Positions 52,276 to 63,540 of a stretch of 64,000 bases of DNA are shown in pieces. Made by a program: the position numbers and the translations under genes. Location of the stretch: positions 1,024,001 through 1,088,000 of the forward strand of contig CAVQMO010000001.1 of NCBI GenBank assembly GCA_963713605.1, read 5' to 3'. This DNA comes from an uncultured Nitrososphaerales archaeon (GTDB lineage: Archaea; Thermoproteota; Nitrososphaeria; Nitrososphaerales; Nitrososphaeraceae). Within the stretch, counting starts at the first letter, position 1, and the number at the start of each line of letters is the position of its first letter. The notes below the pieces were generated by a model. It was not told the DNA's origin, did no database searches, and saw nothing but the letters and a program-made list of their open reading frames with translations.

Positions 52276-52928
52276 TACATACTCAAAGCTAGGATTGTTA
52301 AAGAATCCGATGCTTCCTGGCACTTGTCAGCCATACCTTCAATACCTTCAATTGCATCCTTCAAAAGGAGTAAGTCCTTGGTTACCGATATTTCATTCAT
52401 TGCTTTTATTATTAGACTCCTATGCCTATCATCTACCAATCTTTCCAACCTTTGAACTTCTTGAGCCAGTTCAATTGTACCTGATGGATTGATACTCAGG
52501 GCTCTTGCCATCTCATTTAGTTTAAATGTTGCATCAACAACCATACCGATTAACTCATTGATGTCTTCTGCAAACCTTCCAATCATGATAATGTCTACTT
52601 TCATATTCGCAAGTCTAAAGGCCACACCACTTATGTAACCAGCAATATCGTCCATTAGATATGCTGTCCGTAGTACGTCCTCTCTATAGACCATTAGACT
52701 TCCAATTTCTGCGACTTCTCTGGTCACACGCCTTCTTAGATTATCTACCTCTTCTTCTGCAATTCTCATTCTGTCCAATGTGGGCTGAACATCATGAGTT
52801 ACGCCGCGTGTGATACTTTTCCCTAAGGATGAAAGTTCTCTTGCAGAGTTCAAGATCTTCCCAATTTCATCGTGAAGTATAGCAAGGGTTTTCCGTTTGG
52901 CCTGAACTTCCAATTCCCCGCTATACAT
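52275..52928 (-). CDS. DUF47/PhoU-like phosphate transport regulator
   Basis: EEEVDNLRR, REDVLR, ERLVDD, IEGMADKC helical repeat. Confidence 0.85.
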   Translation of the reverse strand: MYSGELEVQAKRKTLAILHDEIGKILNSARELSSLGKSITRGVTHDVQPTLDRMRIAEEEVDNLRRRVTREVAEIGSLMVYREDVLRTAYLMDDIAGYISGVAFRLANMKVDIIMIGRFAEDINELIGMVVDATFKLNEMARALSINPSGTIELAQEVQRLERLVDDRHRSLIIKAMNEISVTKDLLLLKDAIEGIEGMADKCQEASDSLTILALSM

Positions 52929-53051
52929 TAAGGAACAAACACGATTCGCTGGCTATTATTTCTTTTGACAATCATGATGAACAATTAGAATAATAGGGTC
53001 GGCCATTATTTGGAAAGAAACTGTTTTCCTTTAAAGTATCTTCTAGCCTAT

Positions 53052-54078
53052 TTAATCAAACGGAGCGGAAATGGAATCACGAATTTCTATCAAGTCTCTA
53101 AGGATTGCACTTGCAGTTTCTAAACCGCCAGCACCTCTCCCTACTATTGTTTTCTCTCCGGAATATTCGGAAGAGAACGTCACAGCATTTAGGGTTCCAG
53201 TAACGCATATCGGATCATTTCGCTGGATTTCCAAAGGCATCACACTAAGTTCATCATTATTGCAATATGCAATTAGTCTAATAGCCTTCCCCTTTTCGTG
53301 TGCATCCCTTATCGCATTCAAATTCACCTCTGAGATACCTCGTCTTGAAACATCTGCGATACTGACCTTCCTTGACATAATCCAATTAGCCATTATTACA
53401 AGTTTCGCAGCGGCATCATATCCTTCAATATCAAGTCTTAGGAGCCGCTTCAGCGAATCCTTTCTGTTTGGCGTCGGATAGCGCTTGCTGAAAAGTGAGC
53501 CCCTCTTCCTCCATTTTACTAAGAATGTAATTAGTTGTCCCATTGAGGATTCCTCTGAAAGATAGAATCCGATCTCCTCTCAGGCATTTTTTCGCAAATT
53601 CAAGAATAGGGGTTCCACCTCCAACCGTACCACTAAAGGCGAGTCTGACGTTGTTATAATTCGATAACTCTAGCAATGACGAAAAGGCCAGGGCCAACGG
53701 CCCCTTATTCACTGTGATTACGTGTTTCTTGGTTTTCATCGCAGACACAATATGAGAAATCCCAGGCTCGCCATTCTCAAGATTTGTAGGTGTAACTTCG
53801 ATCATAACTTCAGCATCAATATTTTCCATAAAATCACTGGTAGTGTAAGAGACCTTCTCGCCGTCGTGGTACGCAGACACAGATTTTTTCATACGTTTTG
53901 CTTCTAAAAGCCTGCCAAGATCCAACCCCGCTGGAGATACAGCCATTCCATTGGTATCAACACATGCTACCACTCTAGGATTCAAACCAAACGTGCTATA
54001 AAGCTCGGCTGATTTAGAAAGAAGTATTTTAACAAAGCTTTGGCCCACCACTCCAAATCCAACAATTATAATACGCAA
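53052..54078 (-). CDS. hom: Homoserine dehydrogenase (frameshifted near 53445)
   Basis: GFGVVG, NKGPLA, TVGGGTP, GILNGTTNYIL, GFAE, DAAAK, GRGAGG. Confidence 0.94.
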
Positions 54079-54185
54079 TTTATATTCTGAAGTAATTCTC
54101 TAATTAATATACGTAAAATTTGTTTGTAATGGAACAAACCCATTTATTGCTTTCCTAAAACGAATTAGAACGATTAACACAGAAT

Positions 54186-54950
54186 TTGCTAGAAAATCTG
54201 TTCTTGACATTTGTCGTCGGAGTAGTTGCAGGCATAGTAGGCTCATTACTTGGACTGGGTGGAGGCATCATAATATCCCCCATTCTAACTTTATCCGGAT
54301 TCTTACCATCGCAGGTCGCCTCGACGAGCTTGTTGGCGGTGGCGTCAACTGGAGCCTCATCAACGATATCTTATTCTATTAAAAAAAAAATTAGATATAA
54401 CATCGGAATCAAGGTTGCAACCTTCGCCGTTCCTTTTTCAGTAATTGGTGCCCTTATTTCTTCCGTCCTAGATGGAGATGAATTCAAGTTGTATTTTGCC
54501 ATATTGTTAATATCAACGAGTTTCTATCTATTAATCCGAAAGTCAATACGGGAGGATAGACTTGCTCATGAGAAAAGGGGAAAATTAATTTCGAATGTCT
54601 TGCTATACTTTGGATCTTCAGCAGCTGGTTTAATATCGAGCCTTTTCGGAATAGGAGGTGGGATCATTTTTGTTCCTCTATTGTTTGCAGTAAAAAAACT
54701 ATCAATGCAGCAGTCAGTCGCCACGTCACAGCTCTCTATAATGATAACCTCAATTGCGGGCCTCGTGACTCATTCAGTCCTATTTCAGCAGGATTATGCG
54801 TTCGCCGGGGCAATAGCTTTGGGGGCACTAGCAGGTGCGCAGGTTGGTTCATTTATCGCTATTAGAATCAGTGAGAGATTGTTAACAATCCTATTCTCTA
54901 TTTCACTCTTAATTATTTCAGTCCAACTCATTTTGGGTTATTTACAATAG
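54186..54950 (+). CDS. TauE/SafE (TSUP) family membrane exporter
   Basis: Twice-repeated GLGGG/GIGGG..P motif, STSL/ATSQ, ~8 TM segments. Confidence 0.9.
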   Translation: MLENLFLTFVVGVVAGIVGSLLGLGGGIIISPILTLSGFLPSQVASTSLLAVASTGASSTISYSIKKKIRYNIGIKVATFAVPFSVIGALISSVLDGDEFKLYFAILLISTSFYLLIRKSIREDRLAHEKRGKLISNVLLYFGSSAAGLISSLFGIGGGIIFVPLLFAVKKLSMQQSVATSQLSIMITSIAGLVTHSVLFQQDYAFAGAIALGALAGAQVGSFIAIRISERLLTILFSISLLIISVQLILGYLQ

Positions 54951-54955
54951 TACAT

Positions 54956-55165
54956 TCAAACTTTGATATCTATCATCCAACTGCCAAGCAGGGAAGGAAT
55001 TCTTTGTTGTGTTCTAATGCTATTCCAACTTAATATTAGTTCATTCTCAAGTTTTGTTTTTTGCCTTCTATGATGATCCGAAACAAGGTGGGTAAATATC
55101 TGTTCACATGAGCTCATGTTCTTAGAACATACGTTACACTTATTCGTGCTAGAAAAAGAATTCAA
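54956..55165 (-). CDS. Small C2H2 (U1/matrin-like) zinc-finger protein
   Basis: CNVC-x12-HLVSDHH motif. Confidence 0.65.
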   Translation of the reverse strand: MNSFSSTNKCNVCSKNMSSCEQIFTHLVSDHHRRQKTKLENELILSWNSIRTQQRIPSLLGSWMIDIKV

Positions 55166-55302
55166 TATGCCATCTTACTCTCAAGATGGTTAATATGTTA
55201 TCGCTGGCGTATATTTTTGACTAAAGAATGTTAGCATTTCTGCTTGCATTGCCTAGCCACCGTCATAGCATATCCGCAGTAGAGGCGACTAAAATCTGAC
55301 GG

Positions 55303-55482
55303 TTAGTGGGCAAAATCTGGTAGAGTTAATACCTTTTTGTTTCGGTACCTCTTACAGGCTTTATAGGGGGAGGCGAGCTTCTCCAGTTTATGCGACGGAT
55401 TAGCTAAATAATGCCTGGAAGCTCCTTCTCCGGTAAGTACAATGTTACAATTTAGACATTTGTATCGAATAGCCAACGTCAC
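55303..55482 (-). CDS. 59-aa C2H2-like zinc-finger microprotein (missed by ORF track)
   Basis: MTLAIRYKCLNCNIVLTGEGASRHYLANPSHKLEK...; start could also be TTG at 55476. Confidence 0.6.
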   Translation of the reverse strand: MTLAIRYKCLNCNIVLTGEGASRHYLANPSHKLEKLASPYKACKRYRNKKVLTLPDFAH

Positions 55483-55533
55483 TCAACAGTTTAATTATAC
55501 ATACATGGCTAAAAAGTATGTGGATGTGGTGTT

Positions 55534-57722
55534 TTAACGGAGCTTAATTACTTCTCTGTTATCAGGAACTGAGGTTCTCAAATGATACTTATTGTGGATC
55601 GAACTAGCAATATTCTCAGACTTTGATTTTTCACCGTGGTTAACTATCACTCTCTTGGGTTTAACTCGATAGACAAAGTTCATAATCTGATTATAGTCGC
55701 TATGTCCACTAAAACCATCTACCCTTTGGGTGTCACAATTTACAGGAACGACCTTTACCTTCCCGTTCTTGTCCATCATCCCAATTTCATTCATGATTCC
55801 ATCCATCACACGTCTCCCCAATGTTCCATTTATTTGATATGAAACAAATATTATCTTATTTCCTCGTATAGGAGCGATCGACTTAAAATATTCTACCGAT
55901 GGTCCACCTTCGAGCATCCCTGACGTTGCCATTATAATGGAAGGATTCCGATCTTCTAAAATCTCGTCCCGCTTTCCGGGTCCATTTACGAGAGTAAAAT
56001 ACTCGGACTGAAACGGATTCACGCCAGAAGAAACAGACTTCCTCACGTTAAATCCAAGATAGTGTGCATACGACATATGGATAGCGCTAGCCTCTGAGAT
56101 CATACCTTCAATATAGATCGGGCATTCGACCAAATTTCTCTCTCGCATTTCCTTGTCCAACACCAACATCATCTCTTGGGCTCTACCCACGGCAGGAACT
56201 GGAATCAACACCTTACCGCCTTGCTGCAGGGTATGGTTTATGCTTTTTGTAAAATTATCATATACAGAGGTTTGATCAGGCATAATATCAGAAGTATTGC
56301 CATAAGTACCTCTCGGTAATCAAGGTTTCGACCCTTGGGTAAACCGAGAGAGCAGTATCAAGTAACTGAGTTCTAGCGTATTTGTAATCGCCAGAATATA
56401 ATATATTATGCGCTCCCGATATATTCAAATGCACTGTAGCACTTCCCATAATATGGCCTGCATTGTTGAGAGTAATTGTAATATCTGGTGAAATATCGGT
56501 AGGCTTGCCGTATGGCAAGGTTATACAGTGCTTGATCACTTCGTGAACATCACGAGACTCGTAAGGTAAGTAACTACCGTTTGCCTTTGCTATCTTGACT
56601 GAATCCATTTGGAGGAGCGTCATAAGAGGCAAAGTGGGTTCAGTCACAATAAACCGGTCCTCTATATCCATATCTATAAAGTGCGGGCAAAAATCCTTGG
56701 TGGTCAATATGTGCATGACTCAAAATGACTGCGTCAAGATCATTTAGTGTAAAAGGGAACCAATCTATCCTAGGAAAAGCGTCTAGACCAAGTGCCTCAC
56801 CTGGATTTATTCCGCAATCCAACATCACTTTACTTTCTGGTGTCGATACAACGAAGCATGACCTACCAACTTGCTTAACTCCACCTAAACAATAAATTAG
56901 AACCTCTGTCTTGCTGGACGTGCTGAAAGAAGACTTGTCGAGTCTAGCGGTAGCTTCAGACGAAATCAAATTGTCATCGACATGACTCTCTTCCAAGTCC
57001 TGATTACCCTTCCGTTTGATACCGTCCAAATAACTGTGGTTACCAACCACAAGAGGAGTTCTAAAAATTCGCTGTCCTAGTTCCTGAAAGAAGGTACTTC
57101 TCTCCCTGGCAGAGCCCTTCAGAGTTGAATGAATTGTCTTGATACTCGTAGAAGGTATATGCGGAGAAAGTCGAGTCCTTGCTAGCCAACCTGTTAAAGA
57201 TGCAATTTCTATAATCAATGAAGGGGTGATGGCTTCCGGGCTACTTAACTCCAAAATTACTTCGCCCGTTGCATCATCACAGAAAGCTGCCGAGAGAGAA
57301 ACATTCTTGGGGACGAGCTTCAAAACTGTTGCCCTAGTCAAATCCTCCGAAATCCGTATACTTGGGTCAGTTCGGATCACAAACCGTTTCTTCATAGTCT
57401 TGGAGAGGCCTGAAAGGTGCAATGTAAGCTCAGTGAGCGCAAATTTGGGATTTTTTGTATATAGTGCGATCTTTGGCCCTTCAAACCGGGCGGCAGTAAT
57501 CGATGCTTCTTTTGGAAGCAATGGAATTAGTGAATCATACAGAGATTCACCCCGTGAATCATCGGCCCGGTCAGTCGTCCTAAATCGCTTTTTGTCTGAT
57601 GTCTTTGTTAAGTTGAAAGACATAGTATTTGCTTCGGAATTCGGGGATTTATGGAGCCCTGATTTCGCATGGGGGACACTATTTAACTTGAAATCATCTT
57701 CCGAACCGCTATCTTCTTTCAA
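55534..57722 (-). CDS. aCPSF1 (FttA) beta-CASP ribonuclease/termination factor (two frameshifts)
   Basis: FEGP KH region, VGRSC, SHAHIDH, NAGHIMGS, SGD, AVGRAQE, TSGMLEGG, GFSGHSD, NHGE. Confidence 0.93.
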
Positions 57723-57942
57723 ATTGATTCATTTCCAGCCCGCAAAGGTATTATACGGTCAACTTAAAGTTTTAGCCAAAAGTTATCCTACCAGAATGGG
57801 CAAGTAAATACTTGACTAATCCACTAATATATCTTGTTGATATGTGAGAGGCATCATAAGTTTCCAATAGAGAAATATTTGTTTTGTGGCCTTTATGAGG
57901 GGCACTGCAATTGAGCAGGGTTTGGGTGTCGTATTTATAATT

Positions 57943-58800
57943 CTACACATCCACAAGTTTACTCTCGTCAAACGATTTTGAATTGTACCAATTATACCTG
58001 AAGAAATCCAGACACCAGTCGTGGAAAAGCCCCTCATGATCAATAGAGCGATTACTGTAGAACATGGAAGTCATGTCGGTTAAGCCTTTGGAATTAGGGA
58101 AGATCACAGTAGCTTGTTGTTCATTCAGAACCACAGCCACTTGGATTTTGTCTATCATTCTCCGTTCAACTTCGCCGCTTTTCAACAAGTCCTGATAGCC
58201 AACCTGTTTAAGCAGGTCCATACGCTTCCTTGGAACTAGCGCATTTTGGGGGAGAATATAGCTAAATTTTAACTTCTTACTTTTAATACGAGGCAAAATA
58301 GCTTCAATCAGTTCTAGTGGAATTTGTGGTAGCATTGCACAGATGAACTCTTCAGACTCCTCGTACATTGTTTTCCATCTTTCAATTACGGCAACAAGCC
58401 CGTTAACGAATTCACATTTATTAAGAGCACCTATTCGGTAAATGAACTTCATTGGTATATCTCCAGCGATATGTTCTGAAAAGTAGTTCTGATATGTAGA
58501 GAGAAAACTAAAGGTCGAGATCTGTCTAATGATGATATTTCCAAAAGTTGAAAGTGAAAAATTCCCACTTGAATCCTTTTCAATCAGTCCTGCCTCAAAA
58601 AGTCTGTTCAGATTCCGATGTACCTCTTGCATTGTTACATCCAGATCTCGTGCAAGCTTCGCCAATTTTGTCTTCTCATTATGCAATTTGAACAAGATTT
58701 GCAACCTATGTTCGCTCGCAAGTTCAAAGAAAATGTGTTCAGTATGTTCATAGTCACTAATCACCGGAAATTGTTCACCTCTATCCCCGTTTGCATGCAT
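57943..58800 (-). CDS. ArsR-type winged-helix transcriptional regulator with long C-terminal domain (DUF1724-like)
   Basis: FELASEHRLQIL...QEVHRNLNRL...LSTFG; FHDWCLDFF C-terminus. Confidence 0.85.
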   Translation of the reverse strand: MHANGDRGEQFPVISDYEHTEHIFFELASEHRLQILFKLHNEKTKLAKLARDLDVTMQEVHRNLNRLFEAGLIEKDSSGNFSLSTFGNIIIRQISTFSFLSTYQNYFSEHIAGDIPMKFIYRIGALNKCEFVNGLVAVIERWKTMYEESEEFICAMLPQIPLELIEAILPRIKSKKLKFSYILPQNALVPRKRMDLLKQVGYQDLLKSGEVERRMIDKIQVAVVLNEQQATVIFPNSKGLTDMTSMFYSNRSIDHEGLFHDWCLDFFRYNWYNSKSFDESKLVDV

Positions 58801-58991
58801 TTCTAGACTCTATCATCTATTTCAACCGGTTTCAAATATTAGTTTCTTTAGTCAAGTATTTACATTTAGCCCATTATTAATCTCTAAATATCGACAAAAT
58901 CACTCGTGGTATCATGAACATAAATATGTATTTGGGGAGGGACTCGTGAATGGAACAATATGATAAAATGGGACCTTTGCCATTCAACGTT

Positions 58992-60227
58992 CTACCTTAT
59001 AATCCATGGTAATACGAAAGATATGGCAACAATCAACACCATCACAAGCGTCAAAATTAGAGATGCGTTTCTAAAACGGGTGGAACCCGCATTAACTTTT
59101 CTTTCGATAAGTGAGTTGTACAATTGTCCTCCATCAAGTGGACCTATTGGCAATGCATTGAAGATGCCTACGTTAAAGTTGATGAACCACAACCAAAATA
59201 GGAAGTTAGCAATAATTGGAAAAGCGGAGCCTAATGTTGATGAATATTTTGATGCCATTAGATCAGAATAAGGCACTGAACCTTCAGCCATAGTGGGTGG
59301 GAGAAGAATCGCAATTGGGTTCGATCCGAAGGCACTCTTGTATCGACTAAGAACGAATTCAGGATCAGGTGATACGTTCGTAATCGTAACGCCAAGAATG
59401 CCTGTATTGGGTTGCACACTGGCCGGAATCGACGCAGTTTTTGTAATTACCTGACCGCTACTATCTTTCCATGCGATTGCCACTCTATTTCCTAAATTCG
59501 ATTGAAGAAGCCTGCTTAAGTCCTCAATGTGCTTTACTCTGTCCCCTTCGATATCCACAATCACATCTCCCTTCTTCATACCAATCGAACTTGCAAGTGA
59601 ACCATCACCTACAGTCATTATCTCTACTCCATTTTGAGCGTCCTCCGGTTGTGGCAACGGGACAAGTGAAGAGACAACCATATAGAGTAAACCTAGAGAA
59701 AGCCCGGCCACTATCATATTGTTCATGGGACCTGCCGTGAGAATTGCGCTCTTTTCCTTTAGTTTGGTTCTAGCCAACTCATCCCTCTCTATATTGACAA
59801 ATGCTCCAATAGGGATACCCAAGATGAGCACCAATCCAGTAGATTCCACCTTCACGCCGTACACCCTAGCTACGATTCCATGTCCTGCTTCATGAATGAT
59901 AATTGTTAGAACTAGGGCAATCCAGCCATAAGTCCACGGCAAATAAGGGTTTAGACCTGGAATAAGGAGGTTTGATTGAGGTCCTATATCCCTAACCCCT
60001 TCACGAGCTGCTCCATTGGAAAAGAGAACCATTAGCGAACCTACTATCAAAAATATAGCTAGAGCAGTTATAAGTGGCATGAGATAAATATTAAATCTAG
60101 CATAGAACTTCGCGATTTTACTACTTGCTACTTTATCGAAAAAACTTAGTCCATAAGGTGTATGAATAAGAATTAGTGGAAACTTAATCTCAGCCCGTAC
60201 CTTGTTGCTTTGTGCCTGGTTTCCCAA
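58992..60227 (-). CDS. Site-2 protease (M50) with PDZ domain
   Basis: HEAGH, GAFV, AGPMNN, FNALPIGPLDGG. Confidence 0.94.
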   Translation of the reverse strand: MGNQAQSNKVRAEIKFPLILIHTPYGLSFFDKVASSKIAKFYARFNIYLMPLITALAIFLIVGSLMVLFSNGAAREGVRDIGPQSNLLIPGLNPYLPWTYGWIALVLTIIIHEAGHGIVARVYGVKVESTGLVLILGIPIGAFVNIERDELARTKLKEKSAILTAGPMNNMIVAGLSLGLLYMVVSSLVPLPQPEDAQNGVEIMTVGDGSLASSIGMKKGDVIVDIEGDRVKHIEDLSRLLQSNLGNRVAIAWKDSSGQVITKTASIPASVQPNTGILGVTITNVSPDPEFVLSRYKSAFGSNPIAILLPPTMAEGSVPYSDLMASKYSSTLGSAFPIIANFLFWLWFINFNVGIFNALPIGPLDGGQLYNSLIERKVNAGSTRFRNASLILTLVMVLIVAISFVLPWIIR

Positions 60228-60423
60228 CTTTTACTATAACGGTATATGGCTATTTAAATGAAGTCATTAGCCAATTAGAACATGCGAATTCACAAATAGT
60301 TAAGACGAATATGACGTAAATTATGAAATAAATAATATGTTACTGAATTGTGAAGGTTGCAAAATTTGAACACTAATATATATAAATCAAAGATAACTCT
60401 GTGAAACGGAATAGTAAGGAACA

Positions 60424-61152
60424 ATGTCTGGAACAAGAGAAAATCAAGGTCTGACTGAGGGTATTATCTCTGGAAATGAAAGAAAAATGCTTTCTGAGCC
60501 CCCCATCGATGTCCTGTTTAATCCATCTCTTATCTTGAAACGAGATGCTTGGGATATCGATGTTGTGTCAATGCTAAGAAAGCTGTTGGATATTCTTGAA
60601 AGGATTCAAAATAAGGATTTGAGAATTTGTGGTGTTGCTGCCTTGTCATCATCGATGATACACCGAATAAAAGTGGAAAGTATTTTCAAGTTGCAAACTT
60701 TGTCTGAAAAGAAAAGCAAACCATCGAATCATGGAGATGAAAATCCTATTGAGAGTCTACACCCTATCACAATACCCTTTCGATACGAGTCAAGCTACCC
60801 TGTCTCGCTGCAAGAGCTTCTGTCTGTGCTAGAGAGCATGGTATCGACCCTCACCGAATCAGGGACACGTAAACCTCGCATTAATATAGGACCTGTTGAG
60901 GACTTTTCATTTGATGAATATTTTGTAAAAATTGAAGAAATCTTAGCGAAGTACGAAGCGATGATCCGTAGTAGGCTTTTCGAACGTGAGAATGAATTAT
61001 TCAGTAATTTGATCGAAGATATGGACCCGCTATCGAGTGCTAGATGCTTTCTTGCAATGCTGTATTTGGCCTTGAAGGGAAATATCCATATAGAAGAAAC
61101 TAGTGATAGCGAAGATATCCTTTTATGCCTTGTACGAGACGGTTCGCGGTAG
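60424..61152 (+). CDS. scpA: Kleisin ScpA
   Basis: WDIDVV, DLRICG, FLAMLYLA C-terminal winged helix; adjacent to scpB. Confidence 0.85.
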   Translation: MSGTRENQGLTEGIISGNERKMLSEPPIDVLFNPSLILKRDAWDIDVVSMLRKLLDILERIQNKDLRICGVAALSSSMIHRIKVESIFKLQTLSEKKSKPSNHGDENPIESLHPITIPFRYESSYPVSLQELLSVLESMVSTLTESGTRKPRINIGPVEDFSFDEYFVKIEEILAKYEAMIRSRLFERENELFSNLIEDMDPLSSARCFLAMLYLALKGNIHIEETSDSEDILLCLVRDGSR

Positions 61153-61171
61153 GCGTAGTGGAAACAGTGAG

Positions 61172-61702
61172 ATGAAAGTAAAAGAGAATGGTCTGTTGGA
61201 AGATGAAATTAGGGCACGTATTGAGGTAGCCCTTTATTGTTCTGGGAAACCAATGTCAATCGATGAGCTAGTTAGGGCCTCGGGTATCACTTCGAGAGAA
61301 AAAACCGTTCTAGTCATCAAGGATTTAATGAATATGATTAACTCCCAGTTTAAGGCATTGGAAATAGCTAAGTTAGAGGACGGAACTTTCGTCTTGCAAG
61401 TGAAACCCATCTATCTATCGATTGTTAGAAAGTTTTCGCATCAACCTATTTTGTCACAAGCATCTCTGAAGACCTTATCCTATATTGCATATGAGCAACC
61501 AGTTACGTCTACTAGGTTGGTACGAATTAGAGGTTCTCAGGTTTATTCGCATCTGAAGGAATTACAGAGTCATGGATTTGTTAAGCACGATGCGTTAGGC
61601 AGATTAAAGGTATACAAGACAACTGAGAAATTCATAAGCTATTTTGGAATTCCGAACTTAGATTTGTTGAAAAGAAATTTAGTCATAGCTGGTAAACCGT
61701 AG
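61172..61702 (+). CDS. scpB: SMC-Scp complex subunit ScpB
   Basis: IEVALY, LKTLSYIAYEQPVT, IRGS, YKTTEKF..YFG. Confidence 0.92.
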   Translation: MKVKENGLLEDEIRARIEVALYCSGKPMSIDELVRASGITSREKTVLVIKDLMNMINSQFKALEIAKLEDGTFVLQVKPIYLSIVRKFSHQPILSQASLKTLSYIAYEQPVTSTRLVRIRGSQVYSHLKELQSHGFVKHDALGRLKVYKTTEKFISYFGIPNLDLLKRNLVIAGKP

Positions 61703-61793
61703 TTCTAGGATATTTAGGGTCATTGGTAATTTAACTGAATGCATCCTAAGTATTGAAAAGTATTAAATTACCCCTTTATGACGTTGGTCTATT

Positions 61794-62180
61794 ATGCGAA
61801 AGTCAATAGAGAACCTCACTGGCAGAAAATACACCGGGGGCAAAATTACTCCTTGCAGAAGTCGAAAAAAATACGAGATCGATCGATATCCTAATGAAGC
61901 TCTAGTGGGTAAAAGTATCTCTGTTTCGCGACGAACCAGGGGCGGAAATTATAAAACCGCGTTAAAAAGTTCAGAATTTGCAAATGTAACAGACCCTGAA
62001 ACTAGGAAGACTCAGAAGACGATTATTTCCCAGGTAATTAGAAACCCTGCAAATAGGGATTACGAAAGGAGAGGAGTGGTAAACAAGGGAGCTATAATTC
62101 AAACTGAGTTAGGTGTCGCAAGAGTGACATCCAGACCTGGACAGCATGGGTGCGTAAACGCAGTTCAAATTTCCCAATAG
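61794..62180 (+). CDS. rps8e: 30S ribosomal protein S8e
   Basis: RKYTGGK, RTRGGN, NPAN, VTSRPGQHG. Confidence 0.96.
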   Translation: MRKSIENLTGRKYTGGKITPCRSRKKYEIDRYPNEALVGKSISVSRRTRGGNYKTALKSSEFANVTDPETRKTQKTIISQVIRNPANRDYERRGVVNKGAIIQTELGVARVTSRPGQHGCVNAVQISQ

Positions 62181-62210
62181 CTCTTTCGCGTTTGATCTTG
62201 CTTAATTCGC

Positions 62211-62217
62211 TTTTTTT
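62211..62217 (+). terminator. Oligo-T tract after rps8e (archaeal terminator-like)
   Basis: T7 run ~30 nt downstream of the stop. Confidence 0.4.
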
Positions 62218-62657
62218 ATCTCTCCGTGCACATTGAAGTCACAATAATACTCAGTAGAATAATTCGGTAATGCGAAAGTCGTTTTCAAACGAAATCTGTT
62301 GAAGAGCCAATATAAGGGATACTAAACACTTTACCTATATCCTATCCAAGCATATTATGGTACATCTTCGAGACCCTTATGAACACTAATAAAATCCAAA
62401 TGCGGATAACCTTCTCTAACTTTGATCGCAAAGTACTATTTTGAACAATCTACATAAATCAGCATCCTGACCGTATTATCAAATTCAGCCAATAACTACA
62501 CCTAATCTAGAAGGGTCAAGTGTGCTGTGCTGTGCCATCAGAGCACCATTGATCTACACGTCAATGTGAATTTGATTGTATTGTTCATCATTGCAATTGA
62601 ATTCCCCGGGAAATAACGAGTGAAATTGTCTATGAAAATAAAGGAAAGGATATTAGA

Positions 62658-63474
62658 GTGGTTCTTGAAAGATATGATGTTAATACTAGCATTGAAATTA
62701 TAGCTCCACATGCCGCTTTGTCATTTAAGTACTGTGATGAGCCGGGTTTTTCTCCCAAGAAGTACCTCGTTATCTCGGATCTTCACCTAGGTTTCGAGTA
62801 CAGATCTCGTTGAAAAGGGGATTCGAATAAATTCGAAATTCTTTACCCAACAAATAGTTTCAGACGTACGTGCGATAGTTAAAGCCTTCAAACCTGATGG
62901 CATAATACTGCTTGGAGACATTAAAGATTCAATTGTCAATATTAACTCTATAGAGTGCTATCATATACCTCGGTTCTTGAAGGATCTGACTAACGATTAT
63001 CACGTCTATTTAATTCCGGGAAATCATGACGTGAAAATCGAAAGTTTGTCCCCAGCTGACGTGTCAATAGCTAGCCCCACAGGGATTACGATGGGTGATA
63101 CACTCTTTGTACATGGTCATACAATGCCGTCAAGAAAAAAATCAGCAGTAAATAAAATAGTAATGGGACATTTGCACCCAGTATTAAATAAGCCGGATAG
63201 CAACCTAAATGGTGAACGTGTTTGGATATTCCTGAGGGTTAAGAAAAGTTCTATTTTCAAAAACGAAGAGGGGTACCTTGACATAGTAACTGTGCCTTCT
63301 ATTAACCGGTTTATCACTCCATCCAATGACTTTAGAAGAAAGAATACTATTATTTCTATGTCACCTATTATTAGAAACGCAACGAAATCTTATGACTATG
63401 TTAAACAGGCCTTGGTAGTTTGTTTGGACGGTTATGTTTTGGGAGATGAAAAGCTGCTCCCATTTGTAACTTGA
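62658..63474 (+). CDS. Calcineurin-like metallophosphoesterase (frameshift near 62800)
   Basis: SDLHLGFE, LLGDIK, GNHD, HGH, GHLHP motifs; start approximate. Confidence 0.88.
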
Positions 63475-63540
63475 ATATCGCCCAAAATCCAAAGCTCAAG
63501 TAATCGATCTTTATTGCTTTTAATCGATTAGTAACAGGTT

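Noticed and set aside
587..57722. Mass pseudogenisation or programmed frameshifting
   Set aside because: The breaks hit indispensable ribosomal and termination genes without other decay or a common recoding signal; sequencing error is far more parsimonious.
57139..57807. Long antisense ORFs (this 222-aa one, 22038-22583, 14343-14798, 53071-53481 and similar)
   Set aside because: They are shadows on the opposite strand of well-supported genes and carry no motifs.
62220..62650. Unexplained ~430-bp gap after rps8e (possible SRP19, ncRNA or gene remnant)
   Set aside because: The frames I read are interrupted, and no SRP19, SRP RNA or RNase P RNA signature was recognised.
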